The notes under the pieces: model-generated
What the model saw: only the letters and a program-made list of their open reading frames with translations
The model's database searches: none
Told to the model about the DNA's origin: nothing
Shown: piece after piece, positions 49,700 to 58,809 of the stretch
How the letters are laid out: every line of letters starts with the position of its first letter
How positions within the stretch are numbered: the first letter of the stretch is position 1
Program-made: the position numbers and the translations under genes
Virus record (IMG/VR): IMGVR_UViG_3300028874_000014
Span: 2,396 to 66,395 of that record
DNA: 64,000 nucleotides
Strand: one strand, 5' to 3'
DNA from: a virus

Positions 49700-52633
49700 A
49701 TGGGACAGTGGACTCAGTATTACAAAATAATTAAACCTTCGCCATCTAAGAATGATTATCTGGCGAAGGATGGCTATTCTTCGATTGCAGATCAAACAAC
49801 TATTTCTAATTATAGTTGGTATACCCAAGTCATGAAGGGTGCTGGGTCTAGAATGCAACGTTACACACAATATAATGCAATGGATACTGATGTTGATGTA
49901 GCTCGCGCATTAGATACTGTCGCTGAAGAAATATCAGTCAAAAATGAAACGACTGAATTACCTTTCAATATCCATTATCAAAATGATGATAACAAAGAGG
50001 TAAAAGAATCTATTGTTATGACTATTAAGGCAGCATTACGTCATTGGTCAACTCTCCAAGATTTAGATAATAGAATTTTCCGTGTTGCCAGATATACTGT
50101 AAAATTTGGCGATTGTTTTTTCCGTAAACACTCAGATCATAAAAAATGGCAATTCATAGATCCAGCTGAAGTCATTGGTATTGAATTAAATCAACATGGT
50201 GATGTTGTAGCTTATCATCTTAGAAAAGGTGAACATAAGAAAGGGCAGTTTGATGAGGTTGAAATCATTCCAAAAGCTGGGATGATCCATTTTACTTTAT
50301 CCGACGATATGGGTGAATCAGCACCATTTGGTGAATCCATCCTTCAAGCTGCAACCAAAGCATTTAAACAGCTCGGATTATTAGAAGACTCTGTTGTTAT
50401 CTATCGAATCGTACGAGCACCTGAACGCCGAGTATTCTATATTGATACTGGCAATATGCCTCCACATAAAGTTAAACAATATTTGGAAGGTGTAAAGAAT
50501 GAAGTCCGTCAAAAACGAATTCCTAATAATCAAGATGGCCAAGACCAGATTGATTCTGTCTATAACCCTATGTGTCTTTCTTTAGACACTAGAATTCCAT
50601 TATTAGATGGAAGAACATTAGAGCTCAACGAATTGATTTCTGAATATGTTATTGGTAAACAAAATTGGGTCTATTCGTGTGATCCAATATCTGGGCGTGT
50701 TGTTCCTGGATTGATCTCTTGGGCCGGGGTAACTAGAAAAAATGCTGAAGTATTGAAGCTAACATTGGATAACGGCGAAACACTTATCACTACACCAGAT
50801 CATATGATTCCGGTTCTTGGTAAAGGTTTTATTAGAGCAGATGAGTTGTCTGAACATGATTCTTTAATATCATATCAAACCAGAGATAAGAAACTTGGGA
50901 CTGTTCAATATCAACAAATATTCGATCATTCAGGCAATCAATGGAAATTTACACACCGAATGGTCGCCGAATTTTTTAGAGATTTAGATAAACACCAAGA
51001 ATTTACATTTTCTCCTGAATTTGTTGGAGAGACTAAAAATACAGTACATCACGTTGATTATGATTCCCACAACAATCATCCTAGCAATTTATCATGGATG
51101 AATCAAGAAGATCATATGTTGTATCACAGCCAAACTAAAAAAGAATGGTGGGATGCTGTTAAAAATAATCCAGAAAAATATGCAGCTCTAAAAGAAAAAA
51201 TCTCGGTTGGTGTAATCAACTATTATGGTTCTTTATCTGAAGAACAAAGAGAAAAAATTTCCGGAGATGCTAAAGTCCGGATTGCTAAATGGATGTCTGA
51301 ATGCCGCGCAAATCCAGAATGGCTGGCTGATTGGCAAACTTCTATCGCAAAAAACGGATTAGCTCGTAAAGAGAGAATGGAAAATGAACCAGAATTTAAA
51401 GCTAAAATAACTAAAAATCTTTTAGATAATCGAGGTCCAAAATTTAATAATTCTCCAATTACCGTAACACGAGAAATCGTTAATCATGTTGCACATCTTG
51501 TCAAAAAACATGATCTTAATAGAACAGAAGCTTTTAATCTTGTTAGTGAAGATGAACATTTTTCAACTTTGATCGATGTGGCAAATGAATCGATTATTGG
51601 GAATAAAGGCGCCAAATTTTCTGGCCGCTTAACAGAAAGTGTAATGCAATCGATTTATTCAGATTTTGGCTTTGATAATTGGAAGCATTTTAAAGAATGT
51701 TCAAATACATATAATCGTCGTGTTACTAAGATTGAATATTTGAAAGAAAAAATTGATACTGGTTGCATCACAGTAGATAGCGAACATAAGTATCACGACC
51801 ATCATACTTTTGCGACTGAAGCCGGAGTATTCGTAAAGAACTCGATGTCGGAAGATTATTTCTTTGGAACCACTGCCAATGGGCGCGGGTCAAGAGTTGA
51901 AACTCTACCAGGCGGCGAACAACTTGGTGAAATTACCGACTTGGATTATTTCAAAGAAAAATTATTTAGGGGATTACGAGTTCCTACTTCGTATATGAAC
52001 AGCGCTGCTAAAGGTGGAACTCAATATAACGACGGCAAGGTTGGTGTTGCATATGTAGAAGAAATGCGATTTGCACAATTCGTTAAACGTATACAAAACA
52101 AAATTGAAAAGATTTTTGATTATGAATTTAAAGTATACCTAGAAAATTCTAATATTATTGTTGATGGGAATATTTTTAAACTTAAATTACCAGATCCACA
52201 AAACTTTGCATTGTATCGTAAAGCGGCATTAGATCAAGACTTAGTAAACACATTTAGCACTATGAAGGATGTTCCATTTATCTCTGCTAGATTTGCTATG
52301 AGAAACTATCTTGGCTTCAGCGAAGATGATATTACAACAAATGAAGCTATGCTTCGACAAGAACGTAAGATTCCTGAGACTGCAGAATTTGAAGACATCA
52401 CTGATCTACAAATGATGTATGACCCAGCATTCTTTGATAATCGAGATCCTATTAAATATGAACCACCAGAAGAAGATGGCGGTGGTAGTCAGGATACCGA
52501 TGATCAAGATGAAGGAGATGATCAGGACGCCGACAGTGGGTCTGGCGCTAGCGGAGATACAGATACACCAACGCCTCCAGAACCAGATGACACTGGGGAC
52601 GAACAGGGTTCTAAATCAGCAGTAGAAAGTTAA
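49700..52633 (+). CDS. Portal vertex protein (T4 gp20-like), intein-containing
   Basis: 'LLEDSVVIYRIVRAPERRVFYIDTGNMP', 'EDYFF...GRGSRVETLPGG', 'LFRGLRVPTSY'. Confidence 0.95.
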   Translation: MGQWTQYYKIIKPSPSKNDYLAKDGYSSIADQTTISNYSWYTQVMKGAGSRMQRYTQYNAMDTDVDVARALDTVAEEISVKNETTELPFNIHYQNDDNKEVKESIVMTIKAALRHWSTLQDLDNRIFRVARYTVKFGDCFFRKHSDHKKWQFIDPAEVIGIELNQHGDVVAYHLRKGEHKKGQFDEVEIIPKAGMIHFTLSDDMGESAPFGESILQAATKAFKQLGLLEDSVVIYRIVRAPERRVFYIDTGNMPPHKVKQYLEGVKNEVRQKRIPNNQDGQDQIDSVYNPMCLSLDTRIPLLDGRTLELNELISEYVIGKQNWVYSCDPISGRVVPGLISWAGVTRKNAEVLKLTLDNGETLITTPDHMIPVLGKGFIRADELSEHDSLISYQTRDKKLGTVQYQQIFDHSGNQWKFTHRMVAEFFRDLDKHQEFTFSPEFVGETKNTVHHVDYDSHNNHPSNLSWMNQEDHMLYHSQTKKEWWDAVKNNPEKYAALKEKISVGVINYYGSLSEEQREKISGDAKVRIAKWMSECRANPEWLADWQTSIAKNGLARKERMENEPEFKAKITKNLLDNRGPKFNNSPITVTREIVNHVAHLVKKHDLNRTEAFNLVSEDEHFSTLIDVANESIIGNKGAKFSGRLTESVMQSIYSDFGFDNWKHFKECSNTYNRRVTKIEYLKEKIDTGCITVDSEHKYHDHHTFATEAGVFVKNSMSEDYFFGTTANGRGSRVETLPGGEQLGEITDLDYFKEKLFRGLRVPTSYMNSAAKGGTQYNDGKVGVAYVEEMRFAQFVKRIQNKIEKIFDYEFKVYLENSNIIVDGNIFKLKLPDPQNFALYRKAALDQDLVNTFSTMKDVPFISARFAMRNYLGFSEDDITTNEAMLRQERKIPETAEFEDITDLQMMYDPAFFDNRDPIKYEPPEEDGGGSQDTDDQDEGDDQDADSGSGASGDTDTPTPPEPDDTGDEQGSKSAVES
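50573..51841 (+). mobile_element. Intein (423 aa) with HNH-type homing endonuclease in portal
   Basis: Block A 'CLSLDTRI', block B 'TTPDH', HNH 'VHHVDYDSHNNHPSNL', C-terminus 'HTFATEAGVFVKN' followed by Ser+1. Confidence 0.92.
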
Positions 52634-52639
52634 AAGTTT

Positions 52640-52670
52640 TTCCGGTATTGAATAAATATCAATACCGGAA
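52640..52670 (+). promoter_or_regulatory. Late promoter ATAAATA forming the loop of a perfect 12-bp inverted repeat
   Basis: ttccggtattga-ATAAATA-tcaataccggaa. Confidence 0.7.
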
Positions 52671-52693
52671 ATAAAGTAAATTAGGAGAAGTAA

Positions 52694-53320
52694 ATGACAC
52701 AACTCATATTGGTAGAAGAACTTTCTTCAAGCCAAGCTAACATTATTGAAGAATCCACCAATGATGGTAAAGATCATTATATGTCTGGCATCTTAATGAT
52801 GTCAGAGATAGAGAATGGGAATGGTAGAAAATACCGCAAAGAAGAAATGTCTTCAGCTGTTGATGCAGCTATGAAACGTATTAGCGAAGGACATTTTATT
52901 GCTGGTGAATTAAATCACCCAAATGATCTTCAAATTAATTTGGAACGTGTTTCTCATATTATTACAGAAATGAGAATGGACGGGAATAATTGTATTGGGA
53001 AGATGAAACTATTGAATACTCCAATGGGTGTTCTAGCTAAAAATCTATTAGATGGTGGCTTGAAACTTGGTGTATCATCACGTGGATCAGGTTCTGTTGT
53101 TGAAGGTGTAGTAGAAGGATTTAGCTTCTTAACCGTTGACATCGTTGCGACTCCTTCTGCACCAGATGCATACCCACAAAGTATTCGTGAAAGTCTTGAA
53201 AATCTTAAATCTGGCCAGAAGATTCAAACATTAGCTGAAGCCGTTATTCATGATAAAGCAGCACAGAAATATTTAACAAAAGAAATCGCTGCATTTATTA
53301 ATGCACTAACCGGAAGATAA
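52694..53320 (+). CDS. Prohead core protease (T4 gp21-like)
   Basis: 'NGNGRKY', 'GELNHP', 'VSHII', 'GVSSRGSGS', 'DIVATPSAPDAY'. Confidence 0.94.
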   Translation: MTQLILVEELSSSQANIIEESTNDGKDHYMSGILMMSEIENGNGRKYRKEEMSSAVDAAMKRISEGHFIAGELNHPNDLQINLERVSHIITEMRMDGNNCIGKMKLLNTPMGVLAKNLLDGGLKLGVSSRGSGSVVEGVVEGFSFLTVDIVATPSAPDAYPQSIRESLENLKSGQKIQTLAEAVIHDKAAQKYLTKEIAAFINALTGR

Positions 53321-53322
53321 TC

Positions 53323-53637
53323 ATGGACTTGAATAGAATTAGAACACTAGCTGGCCTCGAAGTATTAAAAGAATCGACGCTTACCGAAAACAGCCACAAG
53401 ATTGAAGCACACGTTTCGAAGAAGGGTGGAATGGGTGTATTGGGTGACGTGATCGTCCTCGATGCATTTGACGGTATGGCTGAGCTAGCAAAGATTCTCG
53501 GTATTCCTGATGGTTGGAAGCTGACTAAGGTTAATGGTGGCTTTGCTGCGTACAACAGTGGTGATCGCATGACATTCTTCTCTAATAAGGATGATTTTGA
53601 TCCTGAAGATAGCGAAGAAGATCAAGATCAAGACTAA
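53323..53637 (+). CDS. Putative internal head protein with MDLNRIRTLAGL leader
   Basis: In head operon; leader shared with next gene; L-x-E sites. Confidence 0.7.
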   Translation: MDLNRIRTLAGLEVLKESTLTENSHKIEAHVSKKGGMGVLGDVIVLDAFDGMAELAKILGIPDGWKLTKVNGGFAAYNSGDRMTFFSNKDDFDPEDSEEDQDQD

Positions 53638-53649
53638 GGGAAGCCAAAC

Positions 53650-53979
53650 ATGGATTTGAATAGAATTAAAGAGCTGGCCGGAATAGAAGTTTTATCTGAA
53701 GCTCAATTGGACCAATCAAAAACTAATGAATTAGTAAAAGCATTTGTTGATGCTGGTGGAGGTTCAAAAAGAGTAGAGCCTATTCTTTCTAAAGAAGAAG
53801 CTGATAAGAGGATTGAAAGCTTAGAAGCCGTCGCTAAAAAGATGGGTGCTCAAATTAAAAGCTTTCAAAATAGTTCCGATTATTTTAATCATGTTGAGGC
53901 TGGCAGGATTACTAGAATGTTACAGGACCTCCAATACTCTCTTAAAAATCTTAGAGCTGGTGTAAACGTTAAAGAATAA
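53650..53979 (+). CDS. Putative internal head protein with MDLNRIKELAGI leader
   Basis: Same leader as previous gene but unrelated body. Confidence 0.7.
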   Translation: MDLNRIKELAGIEVLSEAQLDQSKTNELVKAFVDAGGGSKRVEPILSKEEADKRIESLEAVAKKMGAQIKSFQNSSDYFNHVEAGRITRMLQDLQYSLKNLRAGVNVKE

Positions 53980-53990
53980 CAAGGAAAAAT

Positions 53991-54479
53991 ATGAAACTCC
54001 CAGGAAGAATTTTAGATGTAATTGATGGACTAGAGGATTTGAAATCATTACAGAAGGAGAAACTCAAAGCCTATATCAAGGGCCTCGAAGATCTCCCTGA
54101 ACATCCAGCTCCTCATGAAGCAAAGAAAATAGTTAGCGCAGCAGTTAAAGAACTATTTAGTACTGATTCTAAAGTGATTCGTCAAGAAGCACCAAAGAAA
54201 AAAGAAAAGCCCGCCAAGAAAGATAAGGTCGAAGAAAGCCAAGGTAAAAAACTTTCATTTAAAGAATTTTTAAATGAAGGAAACTTTCAATGTTCATTAA
54301 TTTTAAAAGTTAAGCCTGATGAGATGAAGAAAACCATTTCTGATATGAGTGCTGCGGGTCTTCCTAGACTTGAGTGGGCTGACGGGACTAGATTATTTAG
54401 TGACAACAAAGCTGCAATTTCTACTGTAGAAAAATATTTGAAACGTAGCCAAATCGAATATACTAAAGAAATTGAATAA
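53991..54479 (+). CDS. Putative internal head protein (internal SFKEFLNE motif)
   Basis: 'LSFKEFLNE' resembles the T4 capsid-targeting sequence MKTYQEFIAE. Confidence 0.62.
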   Translation: MKLPGRILDVIDGLEDLKSLQKEKLKAYIKGLEDLPEHPAPHEAKKIVSAAVKELFSTDSKVIRQEAPKKKEKPAKKDKVEESQGKKLSFKEFLNEGNFQCSLILKVKPDEMKKTISDMSAAGLPRLEWADGTRLFSDNKAAISTVEKYLKRSQIEYTKEIE

Positions 54480-54492
54480 ACTGTTATTAACA

Positions 54493-54527
54493 AAAAAAGC
54501 ACTAAGCTAAAAGGTTTAGTGCTTTTT
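54493..54527 (+). terminator. Rho-independent terminator
   Basis: aaaaaagcactaag...tttagtgcttttt. Confidence 0.7.
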
Positions 54528-54575
54528 GTAACTATAAATAAAGATACACAAACATAACAAATAGGAGTATTCAAG

Positions 54576-54728
54576 ATGGCAGATAAAGAACAATTGAAAT
54601 CAATGGTCACTAATATGGTTCATGGTCGTAATGAAGAAGCTGCAGTAGATTTTCACAATTTTCTTCAGGCTAAGATGCAAGAACTAGTTAATCCAAAAAT
54701 TGAAGAAACCCCAGCAGATCACGAATAA
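54576..54728 (+). CDS. Small prohead core protein (gp67-like), 50 aa, not in ORF track
   Basis: TATAAATA promoter, AGGAG RBS; MADKEQLKSMVTNMVHGRNEEAAVDFHNFLQAKMQELVNPKIEETPADHE. Confidence 0.7.
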   Translation: MADKEQLKSMVTNMVHGRNEEAAVDFHNFLQAKMQELVNPKIEETPADHE

Positions 54729-54894
54729 TTCATCGATTATTTCGCATGAATTTTCAGATATCCTATAAATAATAAACAACAACGATTCAAGTTGGTGATT
54801 ATCTGGTAGTACTAAAAACGAGAAAAAAATGTAAAGTTTTTCCGGATTTTAATAAATAATCATTGTGAATCAAATAAGAAAAAGGAGCCTATTG

Positions 54895-55785
54895 ATGGAT
54901 GAAATTCTAAAGAAGCTATTAGAATCTGAACTCCTTAGCGAAGAAACTAAAGCCCAGATTCAAGAACAATTTGATGGTGCTGTAAAAGGCATGAAAGAAG
55001 AGTTAGCTTTAGAAGTACGTGCTGAGCTAGTCGAACAGTACACCAAGGACCGTGAAGCACTCGTAGAAAGTATTGATGAAAAGATTGTTTCAATGCTTAA
55101 AGAAGAATTAGACGAGTTGAAAGAAGACATTACTGCCTTCCGTGATCTTGAAGTGGAATACGCTGGAAAATTGGTAGAAGAAAAGAAATCACTAGCTGAA
55201 AAGCTTGGTGAAGAATTAGATCAAATCGTTGACAAGATCGACTCATTCTTAGAGTATCGCCTCGAAGAAGAAATGTCTGAACTTAAAGAAGATTTAGATG
55301 TAGTTAAAGAAAACCAATTTGGACGTAAAATTTTCGAATCATTTATGGGCGAATTTAACCGTTCATTTGTTGATGAAGAATCAATTTTCAAGAAGATGTC
55401 TGTTCTTGAAGACAAATTGAGTGATGCAGAATCTCGTCTTTTTGAAGCAGAACAAGCTGAAAAGAAGGCAAACCGTGTTAAGAAATTGGATGAAGTTCTA
55501 ACTCCTTTAACCGGTGTGAAACGTGAACAGATGGCTATGATCCTACAAAACGTTGACACAGAAAAGCTACAAGAAGCATATAACCGTTTCGTTGGACGTA
55601 TCCTCAAAGAAGCAGTTGTAACGCCTCCAGCAGCTTTAACCGAATCTACTAAGACTACTGAAACCACCGTTGTTAAAACTGGTGATATCAAACCCCTAGA
55701 AGAAGAAGTTAAACCCAAGACAGCCACTGAATCCGAAAAGGATCAAGCTAGAAACCGCATGCTTTCACTTGCCGGTGTAAAGTAA
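54895..55785 (+). CDS. Prohead scaffold protein (T4 gp22-like)
   Basis: Acidic coiled coil before capsid gene; 'GRKIFESF..EF'; ATG at 54895 after AAGGAG. Confidence 0.88.
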   Translation: MDEILKKLLESELLSEETKAQIQEQFDGAVKGMKEELALEVRAELVEQYTKDREALVESIDEKIVSMLKEELDELKEDITAFRDLEVEYAGKLVEEKKSLAEKLGEELDQIVDKIDSFLEYRLEEEMSELKEDLDVVKENQFGRKIFESFMGEFNRSFVDEESIFKKMSVLEDKLSDAESRLFEAEQAEKKANRVKKLDEVLTPLTGVKREQMAMILQNVDTEKLQEAYNRFVGRILKEAVVTPPAALTESTKTTETTVVKTGDIKPLEEEVKPKTATESEKDQARNRMLSLAGVK

Positions 55786-55818
55786 ACTAATAACTTATAA
55801 AAGTTAAAGGAGTCAATT

Positions 55819-57042
55819 ATGGAACTTTTTGAAAATTGGTCAGAAACAAAGCAAGCCCTATTATCCGGCTTGCCCGAGCAAAAGAAGGCAATTCTAGCCC
55901 CATTGCTTGAAAACCAAAAGAAATATCTAATAGAAACCGCTGCTCAAGGCGTAACTGCTGCAGGCTCAATCGGTAACTTCCAGAAAATTCTTATCCCAAT
56001 GATTCGCCGTATTATCCCTGGCACTATTGCGTCAGAACTAGTCGGTGTTCAGCCAATGTCTGGCCCAGTAAGCCTTGCGTACTCGCTACGCTTCTTATTC
56101 AGCCAAGCTCTATCGACTGGTAATTCATTGACCGACATCGCCGCAGGTAACGAAGTATTCGGTAACAACAGCAAGACCCGTCGTTTCTATTCGGGTGGTA
56201 CTTTCGCTGATGGTTCAGGTCTTCTAGACCAACCAGATTCAGTCGCAACAGGTTTGGCAGCAACAACTTCAGAATTCGAAGCATTTGGTGGTCGTCAACT
56301 CCAACTCGAAATCTTGAAGCAAACCGTTACAGCTGGTTCACGTAAGATCCAAGCCAAATGGTCAATCGAAGCTATGCAAGACTTGTCTTCACAGCACGGT
56401 CTAGATCTAGAGTCAGAAATCACCGCAGCCCTTTCATCAGAAGTCGTATCAGATATTGATAACGAAATTATTACTGATTTGCAAGTTCTTGCTGGTACAG
56501 TCGAAACATTCGACATGGCTTCAACAAACTTCACTGGTGTTCCTCACTATGTTGGTGATCGTTTCGCAGTCCTTGGTGTTCTTATTAACAAGGTTGCCAA
56601 CGAAATCGCACGTAAGACACGTCGTGGTGCAGCAAACTGGGTTGTCGTTTCACCTATCGTCGCTTCTGTTCTTCAATCAGCTTCGAAATCGGTATTCGCT
56701 CCAGCAGTTCAAGGTTCGTTCGAAGGCCCAAATAATACCAAGCTAATTGGTACATTGAATGGCGCTATCAAAGTGTACACGTACATCTATGAAGACCAAG
56801 GCACAGAACCAATCGTAATGGGTTACAAAGGTGGCAACGGTGAAATTGATACCGGCTACTTCTACTGCCCATACATCCCATTGATGTCGTCTAATGTTGT
56901 GATTGACCCGGCAACATACAACCCACAAATCTCGCTCATGACTCGTTATGGTAAAGCGACCTTCGTGGATACAACAACATCCCTTGGAAACTCGGCCGAT
57001 TATTACGGGCGGATCAACGTGGCAAACCTTTCGTTTATTTGA
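55819..57042 (+). CDS. Major capsid protein (T4 gp23-like)
   Basis: 'LLENQ', 'GVQPMSGP', 'VTAGSRKIQAKWSIEAMQDL..HGLD.E', 'GYFYCPYIPL', 'MTRYG'. Confidence 0.96.
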   Translation: MELFENWSETKQALLSGLPEQKKAILAPLLENQKKYLIETAAQGVTAAGSIGNFQKILIPMIRRIIPGTIASELVGVQPMSGPVSLAYSLRFLFSQALSTGNSLTDIAAGNEVFGNNSKTRRFYSGGTFADGSGLLDQPDSVATGLAATTSEFEAFGGRQLQLEILKQTVTAGSRKIQAKWSIEAMQDLSSQHGLDLESEITAALSSEVVSDIDNEIITDLQVLAGTVETFDMASTNFTGVPHYVGDRFAVLGVLINKVANEIARKTRRGAANWVVVSPIVASVLQSASKSVFAPAVQGSFEGPNNTKLIGTLNGAIKVYTYIYEDQGTEPIVMGYKGGNGEIDTGYFYCPYIPLMSSNVVIDPATYNPQISLMTRYGKATFVDTTTSLGNSADYYGRINVANLSFI

Positions 57043-57057
57043 TTTTAAGTTTTAATT

Positions 57058-57085
57058 AAAAAAGGAGACTTCGGTCTCCTTTTTT
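57058..57085 (+). terminator. Terminator after capsid gene (UUCG loop)
   Basis: aaaaaaggagac-ttcg-gtctcctttttt. Confidence 0.9.
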
Positions 57086-57151
57086 GTATTCTAGGATATA
57101 ATATTGTAAAGTTACTGAAGAAGCGAGCCAATTATTGAAGAGGTGGCAAAA

Positions 57152-57421
57152 ATGAAGATTGAAGAATTGTTTGAGTCTAAAGAACAATATGAAAAATGTA
57201 TGGTATGGAATAATGAAGAACAGGCTGCTGACGTAAAAGAAAAGGTAGAACGTCGAGATGGAGCAGATTTGATAGTTGATTGGAACGTAATGTATTTCCG
57301 CAATAAGATTGAATTTGATCATATTGACTATCATTATAGAATGAAAATATCTCCTACCGAGAGACCTAAAATTAAATTAGTGAAAGATCTTACTGATGAA
57401 GATCTTCATAAGACTGCGTAA
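57152..57421 (+). CDS. Hypothetical protein (MKIEELFE leader)
   Basis: GAGG RBS, ATG at 57152; flanked by repeated terminators. Confidence 0.65.
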   Translation: MKIEELFESKEQYEKCMVWNNEEQAADVKEKVERRDGADLIVDWNVMYFRNKIEFDHIDYHYRMKISPTERPKIKLVKDLTDEDLHKTA

Positions 57422-57434
57422 ATATAACAAATAG

Positions 57435-57461
57435 AAAAAGGAGACCGAAGTCTCCTTTTTT
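57435..57461. terminator. Bidirectional terminator
   Basis: aaaaaggagac-cgaa-gtctcctttttt. Confidence 0.88.
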
Positions 57462-57479
57462 GTATTCTAGGATAAATCT

Positions 57480-57953
57480 TTATTTCTTAGGCTTTTCTAT
57501 TATATGTGCCAGAAATTTATTATCATACATTGATGGAGCTTTGGCAATAAGTTCATGCAATTCTTCTGGGGTGATGATTCGGTAAAATGAATCAATCTTG
57601 AAGAAATCAAAACTGCCGAAATTATCGCCTTCTGGAACAATTGCACCCTTAGTGATCAATTCTTCTACTGTCAGTGCAGTATCAACGTTTCCGATTTGGG
57701 GATGGAGAATACCTTCTTTGGTAATAGTACAATCCCAACCACCAACTTCACCGGATTCTTTGTAAGTGACTACATAAAGTCGATTTGGGTCTATAGAAGA
57801 CCAAGGGAAACTGTTGTTTCTCTTACCTTTTTCTGACCAGACAACAAGTTTAAACTTGTCGGTAAGTTTCTTTTTGACGGGTTCTGTTACTGTATACCCA
57901 GCCTCTTCAAGAACTGCTTTAGCAGTCTCGATACTGATAGATGATTTAACCAT
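57480..57953 (-). CDS. Hypothetical protein
   Basis: GAGGG RBS before ATG at 57953. Confidence 0.65.
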   Translation of the reverse strand: MVKSSISIETAKAVLEEAGYTVTEPVKKKLTDKFKLVVWSEKGKRNNSFPWSSIDPNRLYVVTYKESGEVGGWDCTITKEGILHPQIGNVDTALTVEELITKGAIVPEGDNFGSFDFFKIDSFYRIITPEELHELIAKAPSMYDNKFLAHIIEKPKK

Positions 57954-58003
57954 GGTAATCCCTCTCGGTATATGAGATAAACAAAGCAAATTATATCACG
58001 AGT

Positions 58004-58222
58004 TTAGTTTTTAATGTATTCTTCTTTCATGGCATTTTTGATGCGCTGAATTTTATTTTCATTGATACAGAATTGAAGTACACCGCGAACGTCTAGCCAA
58101 TTTTTGATTTCCACTTTAGCTTTCACGGCTTCTACTATTTTGCCCCAACTGGTTGGTTCATCAGTGACCGTTTCCATGATGATGTTAAAAACTTTGTTTT
58201 GTGTCTTAGCATTGATGGTCAT
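58004..58222 (-). CDS. Small hypothetical protein (possible winged-helix)
   Basis: 72-aa ORF with TATAAT upstream. Confidence 0.6.
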   Translation of the reverse strand: MTINAKTQNKVFNIIMETVTDEPTSWGKIVEAVKAKVEIKNWLDVRGVLQFCINENKIQRIKNAMKEEYIKN

Positions 58223-58289
58223 GATATTTCTCTTTTAAAGTTATTCACCGATGATTCATTATACTATAAAATTCAAGATATTTCTTAAA

Positions 58290-58685
58290 TTATTTAAGTT
58301 TTTTGAATTTTGGTTTTCCGTTCACTATGATCATGCCGAGGTTGTGTTTAGCCATGAATGACATATTTTTTTTGTAATTTAGAATCATTTGGCCTGGTTT
58401 GAATTTCCCATCAGTGTTAGCAACATATAATTGTTTTGGTCTAGCACCTTGTTTTAATGCTTCTCTGTAATCTCTGCCGCCTTCATCGAGTCCTACTTTA
58501 TTAATTCTTGCAGCTTGCGCTAATGAATTAATAGATGAATTGACATTGCCTCGGCCCATTTCAGCGTCAAATATTTTATGTATTGTAAATGCCGGTATAG
58601 CATTATCTCTTGCGGATTCGCACATCAAATAATTGAAAATTTTATCATTATCAATATTTAATTGTTTTGTTGATCGTTTATTCAT
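58290..58685 (-). CDS. Hypothetical basic protein
   Basis: 131-aa ORF with TATAAT upstream. Confidence 0.6.
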   Translation of the reverse strand: MNKRSTKQLNIDNDKIFNYLMCESARDNAIPAFTIHKIFDAEMGRGNVNSSINSLAQAARINKVGLDEGGRDYREALKQGARPKQLYVANTDGKFKPGQMILNYKKNMSFMAKHNLGMIIVNGKPKFKKLK

Positions 58686-58809
58686 TTTTCTTATTTTATA
58701 AAAATTGCTATTTATTATACTCTATGATATTGAGGAAATATTTGGAAACAGCAAAATTTCCAGTTAACTTGATAAATATTCCTGATAACTCATGAAGGGA
58801 ATATCATCA

